26,972 nucleotides of DNA from a virus. Taxonomy: Duplodnaviria > Caudoviricetes. The DNA lies in the IMG/VR virus record IMGVR_UViG_3300025389_000099, positions 1-26,972 of that record; one strand, 5' to 3'. Within the stretch, counting starts at the first letter, position 1. The number at the start of each line of letters is the position of its first letter. The translations under genes were made by a program, and so were the position numbers. Below the pieces are notes generated by a model. It saw only the letters and a program-made list of their open reading frames with translations. It did not search any database and was not told the origin of the DNA. This document shows positions 1 to 8,628 of this stretch, one piece after another.

Positions 1-2
1 GT

Positions 3-1949
3 AATAGGGACAAGGCCCGGTTGGCGGTCAACAACATCAGCCGATGGCAATACATTGCTTCCGTCTTTGAAATGCTGCCTCGGGACAACGCCACCAGTGC
101 TGAGTAGACCAGCCATTACTTCAGGAAGAGCATCAGCAGCCGCGCCGCCGCCTGCATCAAACAAGCCTGCAACGCCAGAGCCGAAGTTCATGGCAGCGTT
201 GCCTAAGCCAAGCGCGGATGACAGTTGCGAAGCCCCACTAGGACCGACACCGGGGCCTTTTCCAGCCACGGCAAGAGAACGATTTTTTTCTGCATCACCC
301 TCCTTAACCGTTTTATCAAGGTATCCCTTAGAGGGATTGGTCAGGTCATAAGGCTCAATGTCGCCGCCATCTTCATAATGATGACGAACAAGACCGCCAC
401 GATAGCGTTCGCTGGGCTGTTCGGAAGAAAGAGAGTTTGTTACCGCATCCCATCCACGCTGAAGCAAGCCGGGCTGCGCGGGCTGTGCGGCGCTCACATT
501 TCCCTGCGCATCCGTTCTTGCTGGAACGGCATCAGTACCCAAAAGCTTGTTGCCAGCACGGCGAGACAAGCTAGTGCCAGTCATGTCGCTCGTGATGTCA
601 TTCAAGCCCTTATAGCCCTGATAGATCTGAGAGAACTCAGAGTCCGCAGGCTTGGGAGGAGCGCCAGCAGTCATGAGTTTAGGAACGTGCATCTGCTGCT
701 GCGGGACGACGCCCGCGCCGCCAGCACCACCGGGCATGCCAGAAGCAGACCCGGCATATAGGCCATGCTGGGCGAACGGCCCAAAGGACTGACGCTGCTG
801 CGCAAGGATCGCGCTGATGTCGTTCGGATCTACAGCGCCGCCAGAGATGTAACCGCCGCGCATAAATGCGCCCGGTTCAGAAACCACGCCGCCCATTGAG
901 CTGGGATCGAGACCGCCGCCATAAGCTTTTTTAGCAGGATGGAGGGCCTTTTCGTAATCGACTGTCTTGTAACCGCCAGCCTCACCAACAGCCTCTGGAT
1001 GCTTCTTCTCCACATCCTGAGCCATGAGGCCGATCTGAGTGCGATCATCCCCATTGTACTTGAAGCTGTAGATGGGCAAGCCATCCTTGGTTTCGCCAAT
1101 CTTCTTCGCATCGTGTTTGAGGCGGCGGTCGGAGAAGAACGAGGTCGGCTGTGTGCTGGTCGTTGTCGAACCAGACAGCGCACCAGTGCCCTCCGCGATG
1201 TTCGCAAGGAACTGAGCGACTTGGAAGGGGTAGCCCTGCTGCTGGAGGTACTGCTGATAGACAGCCGTATCCTGCGCCTGCTGTGTCTGCTGTCCAAGAG
1301 TTCCAGCGCCGATCTGCGCCTGAGCGCCCTGCAAGGCAGCGGCCTGCGCAGCGGAGCCGAGGCCACCAATCTGCTGCCCCGCCGCCATTTGGCGAGCAAG
1401 ATCGGACGCAATAACCCCCTGTTGCTGCCCGGCAGTTTGGACCGCCTGCTGATAGCCCTGTTGATACAGCGGGGAAATTGCCTGTGCCGCCGCAAGGCCC
1501 TGCTGGCCCATCAACTGAGCCCTTTGGAGACCCGCTCGCTCGCCGCCAAAAGCGCCAGCTTTGATAGCATCGGCCTGCTGCTGTGATTGCTGCTGACCAA
1601 ACTGCTGACCTAAAGCGCCCAACGTAGAGCCTACAACGGCCTCTGTATAAGGGTTCTGATAGTACCCAATTTGCCCTTGCGTGAGTGGGCCAACCGGCTG
1701 GGCAGCGCCAAGGGTTAGGCCAGCGGCAGCGCCGTAGTACGGCTGCGCGGCTTGCGAATAAGCGCTCGTAGCCCCAATGCCCGCTTGCTGGGTAGCATTC
1801 AGGGGGGCGACGAACTCGCCCTGATAGGGTTGGAACGGAGTAGTGGCGGCAGTTTCAGCGCGGGCATTGACGGCGTTGTATCGCGCCAGAACCTCTGGCG
1901 GAATAGAAACCGTCGATGTGGAAGTCTGGGATTTTCCGCCGCCGCCCAT
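3..1949 (-). CDS. Large virion pilot/ejection-like protein with internal peptidase S74 (intramolecular chaperone) domain; 3'-partial, runs off the window
   Basis: Not in the ORF track. Manual translation from ATG 1949 (MGGGGKSQTSTSTVSIPPEVLARYNAVNARAE...) stays open to position 3 (649 codons). The N-terminal part is Gln/Ala/Gly-rich (YQNPY, AGAFGG, QQGYPFQ). It is followed by SFFSDRRLKHDAKKIG...IYSFKY...IGLMAQDVEKKHPEAV...VDY (about 945-1133), the S74 signature. Confidence 0.85.
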   Translation of the reverse strand, partial: MGGGGKSQTSTSTVSIPPEVLARYNAVNARAETAATTPFQPYQGEFVAPLNATQQAGIGATSAYSQAAQPYYGAAAGLTLGAAQPVGPLTQGQIGYYQNPYTEAVVGSTLGALGQQFGQQQSQQQADAIKAGAFGGERAGLQRAQLMGQQGLAAAQAISPLYQQGYQQAVQTAGQQQGVIASDLARQMAAGQQIGGLGSAAQAAALQGAQAQIGAGTLGQQTQQAQDTAVYQQYLQQQGYPFQVAQFLANIAEGTGALSGSTTTSTQPTSFFSDRRLKHDAKKIGETKDGLPIYSFKYNGDDRTQIGLMAQDVEKKHPEAVGEAGGYKTVDYEKALHPAKKAYGGGLDPSSMGGVVSEPGAFMRGGYISGGAVDPNDISAILAQQRQSFGPFAQHGLYAGSASGMPGGAGGAGVVPQQQMHVPKLMTAGAPPKPADSEFSQIYQGYKGLNDITSDMTGTSLSRRAGNKLLGTDAVPARTDAQGNVSAAQPAQPGLLQRGWDAVTNSLSSEQPSERYRGGLVRHHYEDGGDIEPYDLTNPSKGYLDKTVKEGDAEKNRSLAVAGKGPGVGPSGASQLSSALGLGNAAMNFGSGVAGLFDAGGGAAADALPEVMAGLLSTGGVVPRQHFKDGSNVLPSADVVDRQPGLVPI

Positions 1950-1954
1950 TTAGA

Positions 1955-2446
1955 TCACTCCGCAGCCACCGGGTACGACCCCGTTTTGGCATTATACAGG
2001 AAAAATGCGCCGCTTGGCTTCCCAAATTGACGCTCATATAACCTTACTTTGGCTTCCGTCCGGTGGTTCGAAAGGACGCCAATTACAAGCGGCAAACCCA
2101 ACTCATCTGCTGTCCGCTTGGAAAACTCACACAACCTGCGGGCGCGACCGCCTTTTGCATTGCGATATTCAGGATGGATAAAGATAGCGCGTTCCTCTAA
2201 GACCGACGCATCTGAATACCACATTGAGCCAATCCTGAGAAGGATAGCCCCCTCTAGTCGCTCGCCCTCATCTTGAATGATACCGACGACGCCATTCTCA
2301 AGGTTAAGCGCAGTCCAGATTTCTGCTAACAGTTTTTGTGGGTTGGGATCTACAAACCCATTTTCATCACAAGCTTGCATGGCGAGATCCATCATAGGAT
2401 GGACATCATCTGGCGTTCCAATACGTACCCCAAAGCTATCGAACAT
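1955..2446 (-). CDS. GNAT-fold acyltransferase-like virion assembly protein (position equivalent to T7 gp13 / P22 gp14)
   Basis: 163 aa. IFIHPEYRNAKGGRARRL resembles GNAT motif A and RLYERQFG resembles motif B. It lies between the tail genes and the ejection-like gene. Confidence 0.65.
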   Translation of the reverse strand: MFDSFGVRIGTPDDVHPMMDLAMQACDENGFVDPNPQKLLAEIWTALNLENGVVGIIQDEGERLEGAILLRIGSMWYSDASVLEERAIFIHPEYRNAKGGRARRLCEFSKRTADELGLPLVIGVLSNHRTEAKVRLYERQFGKPSGAFFLYNAKTGSYPVAAE

Positions 2447-2455
2447 AAGACCCCC

Positions 2456-3097
2456 TCAGTCCTTTTTCGGCGGCGGTAACTTGCGAAGCGTGTTGACTGT
2501 CTTCGCGCGCATCTTTTTCACAAACGCATCTAACTCTCGATGGCCGCGATCAATGTCGCCGCCCCCTAGATTAGTAACATCATCTGGGTGAATTACATAC
2601 TCGCCACCAGCAGCAACGATGGGGACGGGAGCAGCAGAAGCTGCTAACTGCCCACCCGCAGCTTTCCCCTTTTGTCCGGGTAGTCCAAGGTAGGCGCTCG
2701 CCCCCGGCAATCCAGACATATACGGGATCGGCTTAAACATAGAGCTAGGCTTTACGATAGGGTGAAAGATTGATTTGGCGACATTAAAGCCCGCCATCGT
2801 GTTGCCTTCACCCATTGCCGAAATAATATCGGCTGGAATGACATAAGCCCCCGAAGGAACGTGCATAGGTAGATGGTCCGTTCGCCCAGCTACAGGACTA
2901 TGGATCGGCCCAACATGCACTTTAGATGTTTCGGAGGTTGCGGGACCGCCAAAAAAGGAACCGCCAACCATCTTACCAGTGCGCGACTTTGCAAGAGCAA
3001 TCGCAACCGCTTGAGCTTGCGGGTATTTACCAGTGTGAACCAGCTCGCTGATGTTGCTGCTGATTGTTTTTTGCGAGGAACCTTTTTTGAGCGGCAT
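2456..3097 (-). CDS. Conserved phage virion-associated protein with GG motifs
   Basis: 213 aa. N-terminal [19 protein letters not shown] module, then two related units ([20 protein letters not shown] and [18 protein letters not shown]), each preceded by a GG motif. Confidence 0.75.
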   Translation of the reverse strand: MPLKKGSSQKTISSNISELVHTGKYPQAQAVAIALAKSRTGKMVGGSFFGGPATSETSKVHVGPIHSPVAGRTDHLPMHVPSGAYVIPADIISAMGEGNTMAGFNVAKSIFHPIVKPSSMFKPIPYMSGLPGASAYLGLPGQKGKAAGGQLAASAAPVPIVAAGGEYVIHPDDVTNLGGGDIDRGHRELDAFVKKMRAKTVNTLRKLPPPKKD

Positions 3098-3100
3098 AAC

Positions 3101-3457
3101 TTACCCCGGCGAATATGTGACGTTGATGGACTGCCCTGTTCCCGGAACAATAACCAACCCGTTCGTGAAGACTTGCCCCGCCGGGTATATGCCGACAGTT
3201 GCGGGCGTTGCGCAGAGGGCGTTAGCCGCAGCGGCAGAGGCTGTGGCGTTGGCGTTGTTGATTGTGCCTGCGGCTGAACCAGCCACGAGAACGGCAAAGT
3301 TAACCAGATAGCCAGAGCCCGCAATTACGAGAGTTGCGGCTGTTGCGGTCGCGGATGTCTGTGTCCCTTGGCCGCGCTGAGTGGTCCGGGCGACGTTGTT
3401 TATGGCAACGACGCCGTTCTTTTGGGTAGTTAACAAATCATCCAATGATGCTGGCAT
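3101..3457 (-). CDS. Hypothetical structural protein
   Basis: 118 aa, Ala/Thr/Gly-rich, with GGAGG RBS 5 nt upstream of the ATG; in operon. Confidence 0.75.
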   Translation of the reverse strand: MPASLDDLLTTQKNGVVAINNVARTTQRGQGTQTSATATAATLVIAGSGYLVNFAVLVAGSAAGTINNANATASAAAANALCATPATVGIYPAGQVFTNGLVIVPGTGQSINVTYSPG

Positions 3458-3459
3458 AC

Positions 3460-3490
3460 TTGCCTCCGTTCAAAAGATGTGGTATACCAT
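3460..3490 (+). promoter_or_regulatory. Putative sigma70-type promoter for the antisense HNH gene
   Basis: TTGCCT(3460-3465)-17 nt-TATACC(3483-3488), with TGn before the -10; alternative -10 TACCAT at 3485-3490. Confidence 0.4.
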
Positions 3491-4001
3491 GAGAATGAGA
3501 GAAGTTCCTATAACCACCCTGCGCAAAAAACTTTCCTATGACCCCGACACCGGGCACTTCACATGGAAGAATACAACGCAATGGACAAAAGCTGGGCATC
3601 GCGCTGGCACCTTTTGCAATGGATACGTTAAAATTAGCATTAATAGGATCATAATTCCAGCGCACAGAATTGCTATGGCTATGATAAATGGATTCTGGCC
3701 TTTTGGCGAAGTTGATCACATAAACGGCAATAGGTCCGACAATCGACTGTGCAATTTGCGCGAAGTAACGCACCAACAAAACTGCATGAATCGGTCTAAG
3801 GCATCTAACAATAAGTCTGGTTATGTTGGTGTATCGTGGCACGAAGAAGCCCAGAAGTGGCAAGCGCATCTCTCCATTGGCAGAAAAAGTATTTATCTTG
3901 GCCTCTTCAAGAGCCCTGAAGAGGCGCATGACGCCTACAAGCAAGCCGCTAAAAAAGCCTATGGTGATTTTTCTAAACATCAGAAACGTCCATCGGCTTG
4001 A
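3489..4001 (+). CDS. Free-standing HNH homing endonuclease with C-terminal AP2-like DNA-binding domain
   Basis: LSYDPDTGHFTW, AHRIA, EVDHINGNRSDNRLCNLREVT and NNKSGYVGVSW...WQAHL...YLGLF motifs. Start is more likely ATG 3489 or 3495 than 3381. AT-rich relative to flanks. Confidence 0.9.
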   Translation: MRMREVPITTLRKKLSYDPDTGHFTWKNTTQWTKAGHRAGTFCNGYVKISINRIIIPAHRIAMAMINGFWPFGEVDHINGNRSDNRLCNLREVTHQQNCMNRSKASNNKSGYVGVSWHEEAQKWQAHLSIGRKSIYLGLFKSPEEAHDAYKQAAKKAYGDFSKHQKRPSA

Positions 4002-6073
4002 ATCCTATACCTAAGATTCCCCAACCTCCAGAATGATCCAATGTCATTGCTCTCAATCTTAATGGATACAAGCCGACCCCGAAAACGAGGCGTTATATAT
4101 GTTGTTGCTTGCGTCAACGTGTAAGGACCGTAGGCGGTCGGAGTTTGTCCGGGATATGGAGTAACATAAAATGTCAGCAAGACGTTTGCGCCCTGCGTTC
4201 CACCATAGTAACCCCATTTCATGTCAGGCCACACTTGGTCGATGAACATCAACACATCGGCGTCTGACAGGACAAAGTAGCCTGTTTGAAAATAAGCATC
4301 CATGGGCTGACCATCGGCGTCAGTCGATGTTTCGTGCTGGTAGATGTAGCGGTTCAAAGCCGCGCCAATTGGCGCTCCTAGAACAGACTCATTGATCCAT
4401 GCACTACGTGCTACATAGGGGTTTGCGGTCGAGTTAAATCCATAGTCCCACTGATCAAGAACAAAGTTGTATTTTATATAGCCATAGTTTTCGCCGCTAT
4501 TGCCAATGGTAGGGAAATACCACGAGATTTCGCCAAATCGAGAGTTGGGCGCAACCCTAATGCGATCAAGATTAGATGTATCAAGGTCTTGGAAGACAAC
4601 ATCCCAAACGGGGCAACGTATTGGCTCAACACCATTGCTAGATAGGCGATAGAATTGGTTTGCGCCCATCCAATAGACAACGCCATTTACGGACGCAGCC
4701 GCCTTGCGGCCAATGAGACCGCACCCTGTGCCAAGCTCGTTAAATTGGTAAACGTATGGCGGTCCCACATATTGCATGGCCCACAAGCCAAGGTCCGTCC
4801 AAACCAAACCCTGTTGCGGGCCTTGAATGCACTGAACAATCCGGGAGCCTTTAGGAATACGATAAGAACCTGCTTGATTGGTAATAAGAGCAATCCATTG
4901 CGTGAAGTCATTGACATCACACCAACGGATTAACAGCGGATCTTTGATGCCATCAAAGGTAGAACCCCAAGCGACAATCTGCCTTTGAGGCATCGCGACA
5001 AACATACCATCGTTGACGGTAGGCGCTTCAGGAATAACCAACGCAATAGGTTGACCGCTGGTTGGAGACCATTGGTATATAGGGCCATTCAACGGGCAGG
5101 AAATTAGGATTTCACCCCAATTGTCCAAAGTCCAATCAACTGCATTGATTGGTGTGCCTGTAGTCAAAGTAGGGGCATTGCCGGTCCCATACCCACCGCG
5201 CCCATATCCTCCAATGCCATATCCCGTTCCCGCCGCCAGTGTTCCAACGCCTTTGTAATAGACGTAATGAGCATTGCCGCTGTTCAATAAGCCAGTTGTG
5301 GTCGCCGAAGCATTGTTTTTGCCAGCAATCGTAAACGTGCTACTGCTAGGCACGGAGTTGACGATGAAGTTGCCATATAAGGTAATGCCGCCAACGGTCG
5401 TCGCAATAAGAACGGGAAAAGTATCGCCAATTGCATATCCGTGATCGGCCAGCGTGACGGTAATCGCGCTGCTTCCAGCTGTAGTGGCAAAGCTAGGCAC
5501 GGAGCCGCCATTGGAAACAGAAGATGTAGCTAGTGCAGGAGCGCCCAGCGCATTCAACGCATAAATCGTATATGTATTTGCGCTGCCAGCAGCATTATAG
5601 CATTGGTATTGCCCAAACAGGATTAGGCCACCAACACTAATCTGCGTTTGAATATCCACTGTGTCATAACTGGACACATTGCGGCCAGTGTCTGTTATCA
5701 AAACCGCATTACTACCTGCCGTAGTCGTCGCGTTGACCGCGACATTAACAACAGTTTTTTGAGGAGTAATGTCACTAGCGCCGCCAGAAAGGATTACTTC
5801 AAGAGCGCCGCCGCCGCCAGCCGGTGCGCCCTCTGCGCCAGCCGCAAGGTAAGAATTTGCGTTGGTGTCTTCCCATGCCCATAGAGCGCGAACGATAGAA
5901 CCAATTGTATTGGAGTAAAACTTTGTCCACCCACCCAACTTTTGCACTAACCCACCAAGCGTCCTATCGGGGATAAACCGGATAAGCTGGCTTTGCGAAA
6001 TTGCCGCTTCATTTAGGGCAGGCGTTTTGTTAACATCCACGCCGGGGATCAATTTTAACGATTGATGGGGCAT
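3980..6073 (-). CDS. Tail tubular/nozzle-like protein (functional analogue of T7 gp12 / P22 gp10)
   Basis: 697 aa, beta-rich, with WTLDNWGE, DPLLIRWCD, NQAGSYR and C-terminal PRFRGR...WRLGNLRY motifs; follows the adaptor gene. Confidence 0.7.
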   Translation of the reverse strand: MPHQSLKLIPGVDVNKTPALNEAAISQSQLIRFIPDRTLGGLVQKLGGWTKFYSNTIGSIVRALWAWEDTNANSYLAAGAEGAPAGGGGALEVILSGGASDITPQKTVVNVAVNATTTAGSNAVLITDTGRNVSSYDTVDIQTQISVGGLILFGQYQCYNAAGSANTYTIYALNALGAPALATSSVSNGGSVPSFATTAGSSAITVTLADHGYAIGDTFPVLIATTVGGITLYGNFIVNSVPSSSTFTIAGKNNASATTTGLLNSGNAHYVYYKGVGTLAAGTGYGIGGYGRGGYGTGNAPTLTTGTPINAVDWTLDNWGEILISCPLNGPIYQWSPTSGQPIALVIPEAPTVNDGMFVAMPQRQIVAWGSTFDGIKDPLLIRWCDVNDFTQWIALITNQAGSYRIPKGSRIVQCIQGPQQGLVWTDLGLWAMQYVGPPYVYQFNELGTGCGLIGRKAAASVNGVVYWMGANQFYRLSSNGVEPIRCPVWDVVFQDLDTSNLDRIRVAPNSRFGEISWYFPTIGNSGENYGYIKYNFVLDQWDYGFNSTANPYVARSAWINESVLGAPIGAALNRYIYQHETSTDADGQPMDAYFQTGYFVLSDADVLMFIDQVWPDMKWGYYGGTQGANVLLTFYVTPYPGQTPTAYGPYTLTQATTYITPRFRGRLVSIKIESNDIGSFWRLGNLRYRIQADGRF

Positions 6074-6076
6074 GTG

Positions 6077-6841
6077 TTAGCCCCTCGTTGGCGTAGCAGC
6101 GGGCGACATAGATTGAGATGACCAAGCGGCCCCCTCAAACTTCTTCCTGTATTCTTCGCCCAGAGCGCCCTTCAACAGAGCTTGATACTGGCTCTCATAA
6201 CTGACCGCCATCTGCGGGTCGTCGTTTGCCCTACCGAAATTGCGCTGATATGCACTAATATAGATCATGGAAGCCATGATGAAGAGATCGGGCAGATACA
6301 GGCTGATAAAGGTCGTCAGCGTTGTGCCATTAGAGCCATCGCCAAGACTGTTGGGGCGATAGGTGCCTACAATCTCAACGGTGTAAGCAGCATCTGGATA
6401 TGGGCCGACCAAGAAGGTCCAATTGGAGTTGGCATTGCCGCCAAAGGGCGCGAAATATTGTGGGAGCCCGGTGCTGGAGGCAACTCCAAAAACCGCATCC
6501 AAATACTCTCTGGTGGTCGGGAGAAGCGGATTGCGAGTGCCCACATCAGGGTTTGTGGCGGTCGATGGCGTAATGACATTGATTTGTTCGGGAACCACAA
6601 ATGTGCTGGTAGGAACTGAAATTTGGCGAGTTCCTACGGTCAGAGTGTACGATGTGGTTGCGATAGACGTAAACAAGAAGTCGAGATCGCGGTACATGCG
6701 GTTCTCGGCATAAGTAATGCACTGCGGAAGAATAGTTAAATATGCCGAATCAGTTGGAGAGACAACAGCCATCGTTGCAATTTGAAGGATATAACTGTTT
6801 GTTCCGGCAACGGAACCATCGTAACTTAATCCGACAGTCAT
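6077..6841 (-). CDS. Head-tail adaptor / tail tubular protein A-like
   Basis: Start corrected to ATG 6841 (MTVGLSYDG), which overlaps the HNH stop as ATGA. Motifs ITYAENRMYRDL, GLPQYFA, GPYPDAAYTVEI, LPDLFIMASM. Confidence 0.7.
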   Translation of the reverse strand: MTVGLSYDGSVAGTNSYILQIATMAVVSPTDSAYLTILPQCITYAENRMYRDLDFLFTSIATTSYTLTVGTRQISVPTSTFVVPEQINVITPSTATNPDVGTRNPLLPTTREYLDAVFGVASSTGLPQYFAPFGGNANSNWTFLVGPYPDAAYTVEIVGTYRPNSLGDGSNGTTLTTFISLYLPDLFIMASMIYISAYQRNFGRANDDPQMAVSYESQYQALLKGALGEEYRKKFEGAAWSSQSMSPAATPTRG

Positions 6842-7464
6842 TGGGCAGACTCCCACATCATGTGTTGGTCCTCAACAGGTAAATGATTATGCTTGCTCAA
6901 ATTGTCAAAAGCCGGGATAACCTGAAGATTCCAAGGAACATGCAGGCCATTAAAGCCATGCCCATTAAGGGGATGAATATGATCTACATGATGAGGGACA
7001 CCTGTTTGCGTAAATAGGGCATCTGCAACATCATACATTTCTTGAATTTGAGCCATGTGAATGGCTGTCAGCCAAGAAAGCGTAGCGTTTAGTTTTTTGG
7101 CCCTACGCTGAGCATTCCACGCATATTTTTGGGATTTATTTTTACTTACCCATGCATATACGTAATTGCGTTTTTTATCTTTGTTTTTTTGATCCCAACG
7201 TTTGCAAGCAGCCCTATGCTTTTCAATGTTTTCAGCATAATATCGTTTGCTCTTCGCTTTCAATTGTTCAGAATTTTTTTTTGCCCAACGATTTTTAGCA
7301 GCGCGATCACTATCACGATTGCAATTGCGCCAAGCAGCCATTTTGATTCGAGTGCAATCAATGCAAGCATATGTTAAGCCATCTTTAGCGGCAGACAGGC
7401 GGCCAAATGCGTTAAGCGGTTTTTCCGCCTTGCATTTACAGCAAACCTTCAGGCCCGTTGTCAT
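6838..7464 (-). CDS. Free-standing HNH endonuclease with N-terminal Cys zinc finger
   Basis: CCKCKAEKP...CIDC zinc finger, basic helical repeats, and HHVDHIHPLNG...GLHVPWNLQVIPAFDNLSKHN. AT-rich. Confidence 0.9.
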   Translation of the reverse strand: MTTGLKVCCKCKAEKPLNAFGRLSAAKDGLTYACIDCTRIKMAAWRNCNRDSDRAAKNRWAKKNSEQLKAKSKRYYAENIEKHRAACKRWDQKNKDKKRNYVYAWVSKNKSQKYAWNAQRRAKKLNATLSWLTAIHMAQIQEMYDVADALFTQTGVPHHVDHIHPLNGHGFNGLHVPWNLQVIPAFDNLSKHNHLPVEDQHMMWESAQ

Positions 7465-7487
7465 GGAAAAAGCTCCGCTTTCGCAGG

Positions 7488-7496
7488 ACTATAGCA
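7488..7496 (-). promoter_or_regulatory. Possible extended -10 promoter
   Basis: TGCTATAGT on the minus strand just after the o-spanin stop; no convincing -35. Confidence 0.3.
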
Positions 7497-7497
7497 C

Positions 7498-7695
7498 CTA
7501 TTTTGCCCCGGCGCACCATCCCTCACGGCGGGCATTGTTCTGCTTTACCTCAATTATTGTCGCGGTTGTATCTTTGGATGACCAAGAAACATCCCGCCAG
7601 ACATAGCAGACAGAGGCATTAGTCTCGCTTGTGGCCGTCAGACTTGAGCAGGCCATCAGGGGTGACATCAACAGCATCGCCAGCACGAACCGCAT
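7498..7695 (-). CDS. o-spanin (Rz1-like lipoprotein)
   Basis: 65 aa. Signal peptide with lipobox LMAC, additional Cys residues, overlaps the 3' end of the i-spanin gene. Confidence 0.75.
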   Translation of the reverse strand: MRFVLAMLLMSPLMACSSLTATSETNASVCYVWRDVSWSSKDTTATIIEVKQNNARREGWCAGAK

Positions 7696-7852
7696 CTTGT
7701 GTTCTCCTCAAAGCATCAGAAACAGCAGCCGCCTCAACCTCTGCAATGGCGTCAGCCCTGATCTTGAAATACACCCCTCCAAGGGTGATAACAACGGCGA
7801 CCGCTATGCCAAGATACCGGCCCATAGGGGTGAAGAGAAGACTAAACACCAT
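7619..7852 (-). CDS. i-spanin (Rz-like)
   Basis: Start corrected to ATG 7852 (MVFSLLFTP) with GGAGGAG upstream. N-terminal TM helix followed by an Ala-rich helix; directly after the endolysin. Confidence 0.7.
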   Translation of the reverse strand: MVFSLLFTPMGRYLGIAVAVVITLGGVYFKIRADAIAEVEAAAVSDALRRTQDAVRAGDAVDVTPDGLLKSDGHKRD

Positions 7853-8618
7853 GCTCCTCCATGTGCTGCTTGCGGAAGTACCAAATTGCTGCGCCCAGCC
7901 CCATGATCGCCAACATGATGATGAAGTTGGTATTGTGGAGTAAGCCCATAATCTGGTCTGCCGTGTCGGACGCATCCTGCGCGTTGGCAGCAATCTGCTT
8001 GGCCGCTCCAAGCCCTCCAAGGCCCGCCGTAATGACCGCAGCGTTGCCCTGCTTGCTGTCAGCCATTGAGGGCACCGGGACCGGCTGTGGCTCGGTGCGT
8101 TGCTCATGCTCATCATCCGTAGGATCTTCCGTAGGTGCAGAAGGCCCCACCAAAGGTGTGATGGCCGTAATCTCATGAGACATCCACCACGCACTCTCGG
8201 CTTGGCGGCGCTTCACGAGACCGGCGAGAACCTTGCCGCCGCCCTTGGTCCACTTCATCAACTCGGCTGGCACGGCGTCAAACTGAGCGGCGTTCACCTT
8301 TTTGAGGAGAGTGGACGATTGCAGGTTTCCCACCCCAGCGTTGTAGGCAAAGTCCACGAGGACATCGAACTGATGCTGGGTCAGCGGCTGCTTGACCATG
8401 TTGAAGACCGCAGTCTCATACTTGACCAGATCTCGGCGCAAAATGTCGTCGGCCTGCTTCTGGGTGATCGTCATGCCATCCGTGACTGCCGGAGCGCCAG
8501 CCGCCGAAGTGTGGCCGTAGCCGATGGTGCAGACGTTGGCCGGGCAGCGATAGGCTTTCAGTTTGCAGCCTTCGTACTTTTTGAGAAGGGCGTCAATGCC
8601 CTCTTGGCTCATTTGCAT
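7842..8618 (-). CDS. Endolysin, GH24 lysozyme with C-terminal hydrophobic segments
   Basis: Start ATG 8618 (MQMSQEG) after AGGAG. Catalytic region YEGCKLKAYRCPANVCTIGYGHT, plus FDVLVDFAYNAG, SSTLLKKVN and GLVKRRQAE. Confidence 0.9.
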   Translation of the reverse strand: MQMSQEGIDALLKKYEGCKLKAYRCPANVCTIGYGHTSAAGAPAVTDGMTITQKQADDILRRDLVKYETAVFNMVKQPLTQHQFDVLVDFAYNAGVGNLQSSTLLKKVNAAQFDAVPAELMKWTKGGGKVLAGLVKRRQAESAWWMSHEITAITPLVGPSAPTEDPTDDEHEQRTEPQPVPVPSMADSKQGNAAVITAGLGGLGAAKQIAANAQDASDTADQIMGLLHNTNFIIMLAIMGLGAAIWYFRKQHMEEHGV

Positions 8619-8628
8619 GGCGACACTC

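Noticed and set aside
830-1495. 221-aa minus-strand Arg-rich ORF
   Set aside because: Alternative frame inside the real 3-1949 gene.
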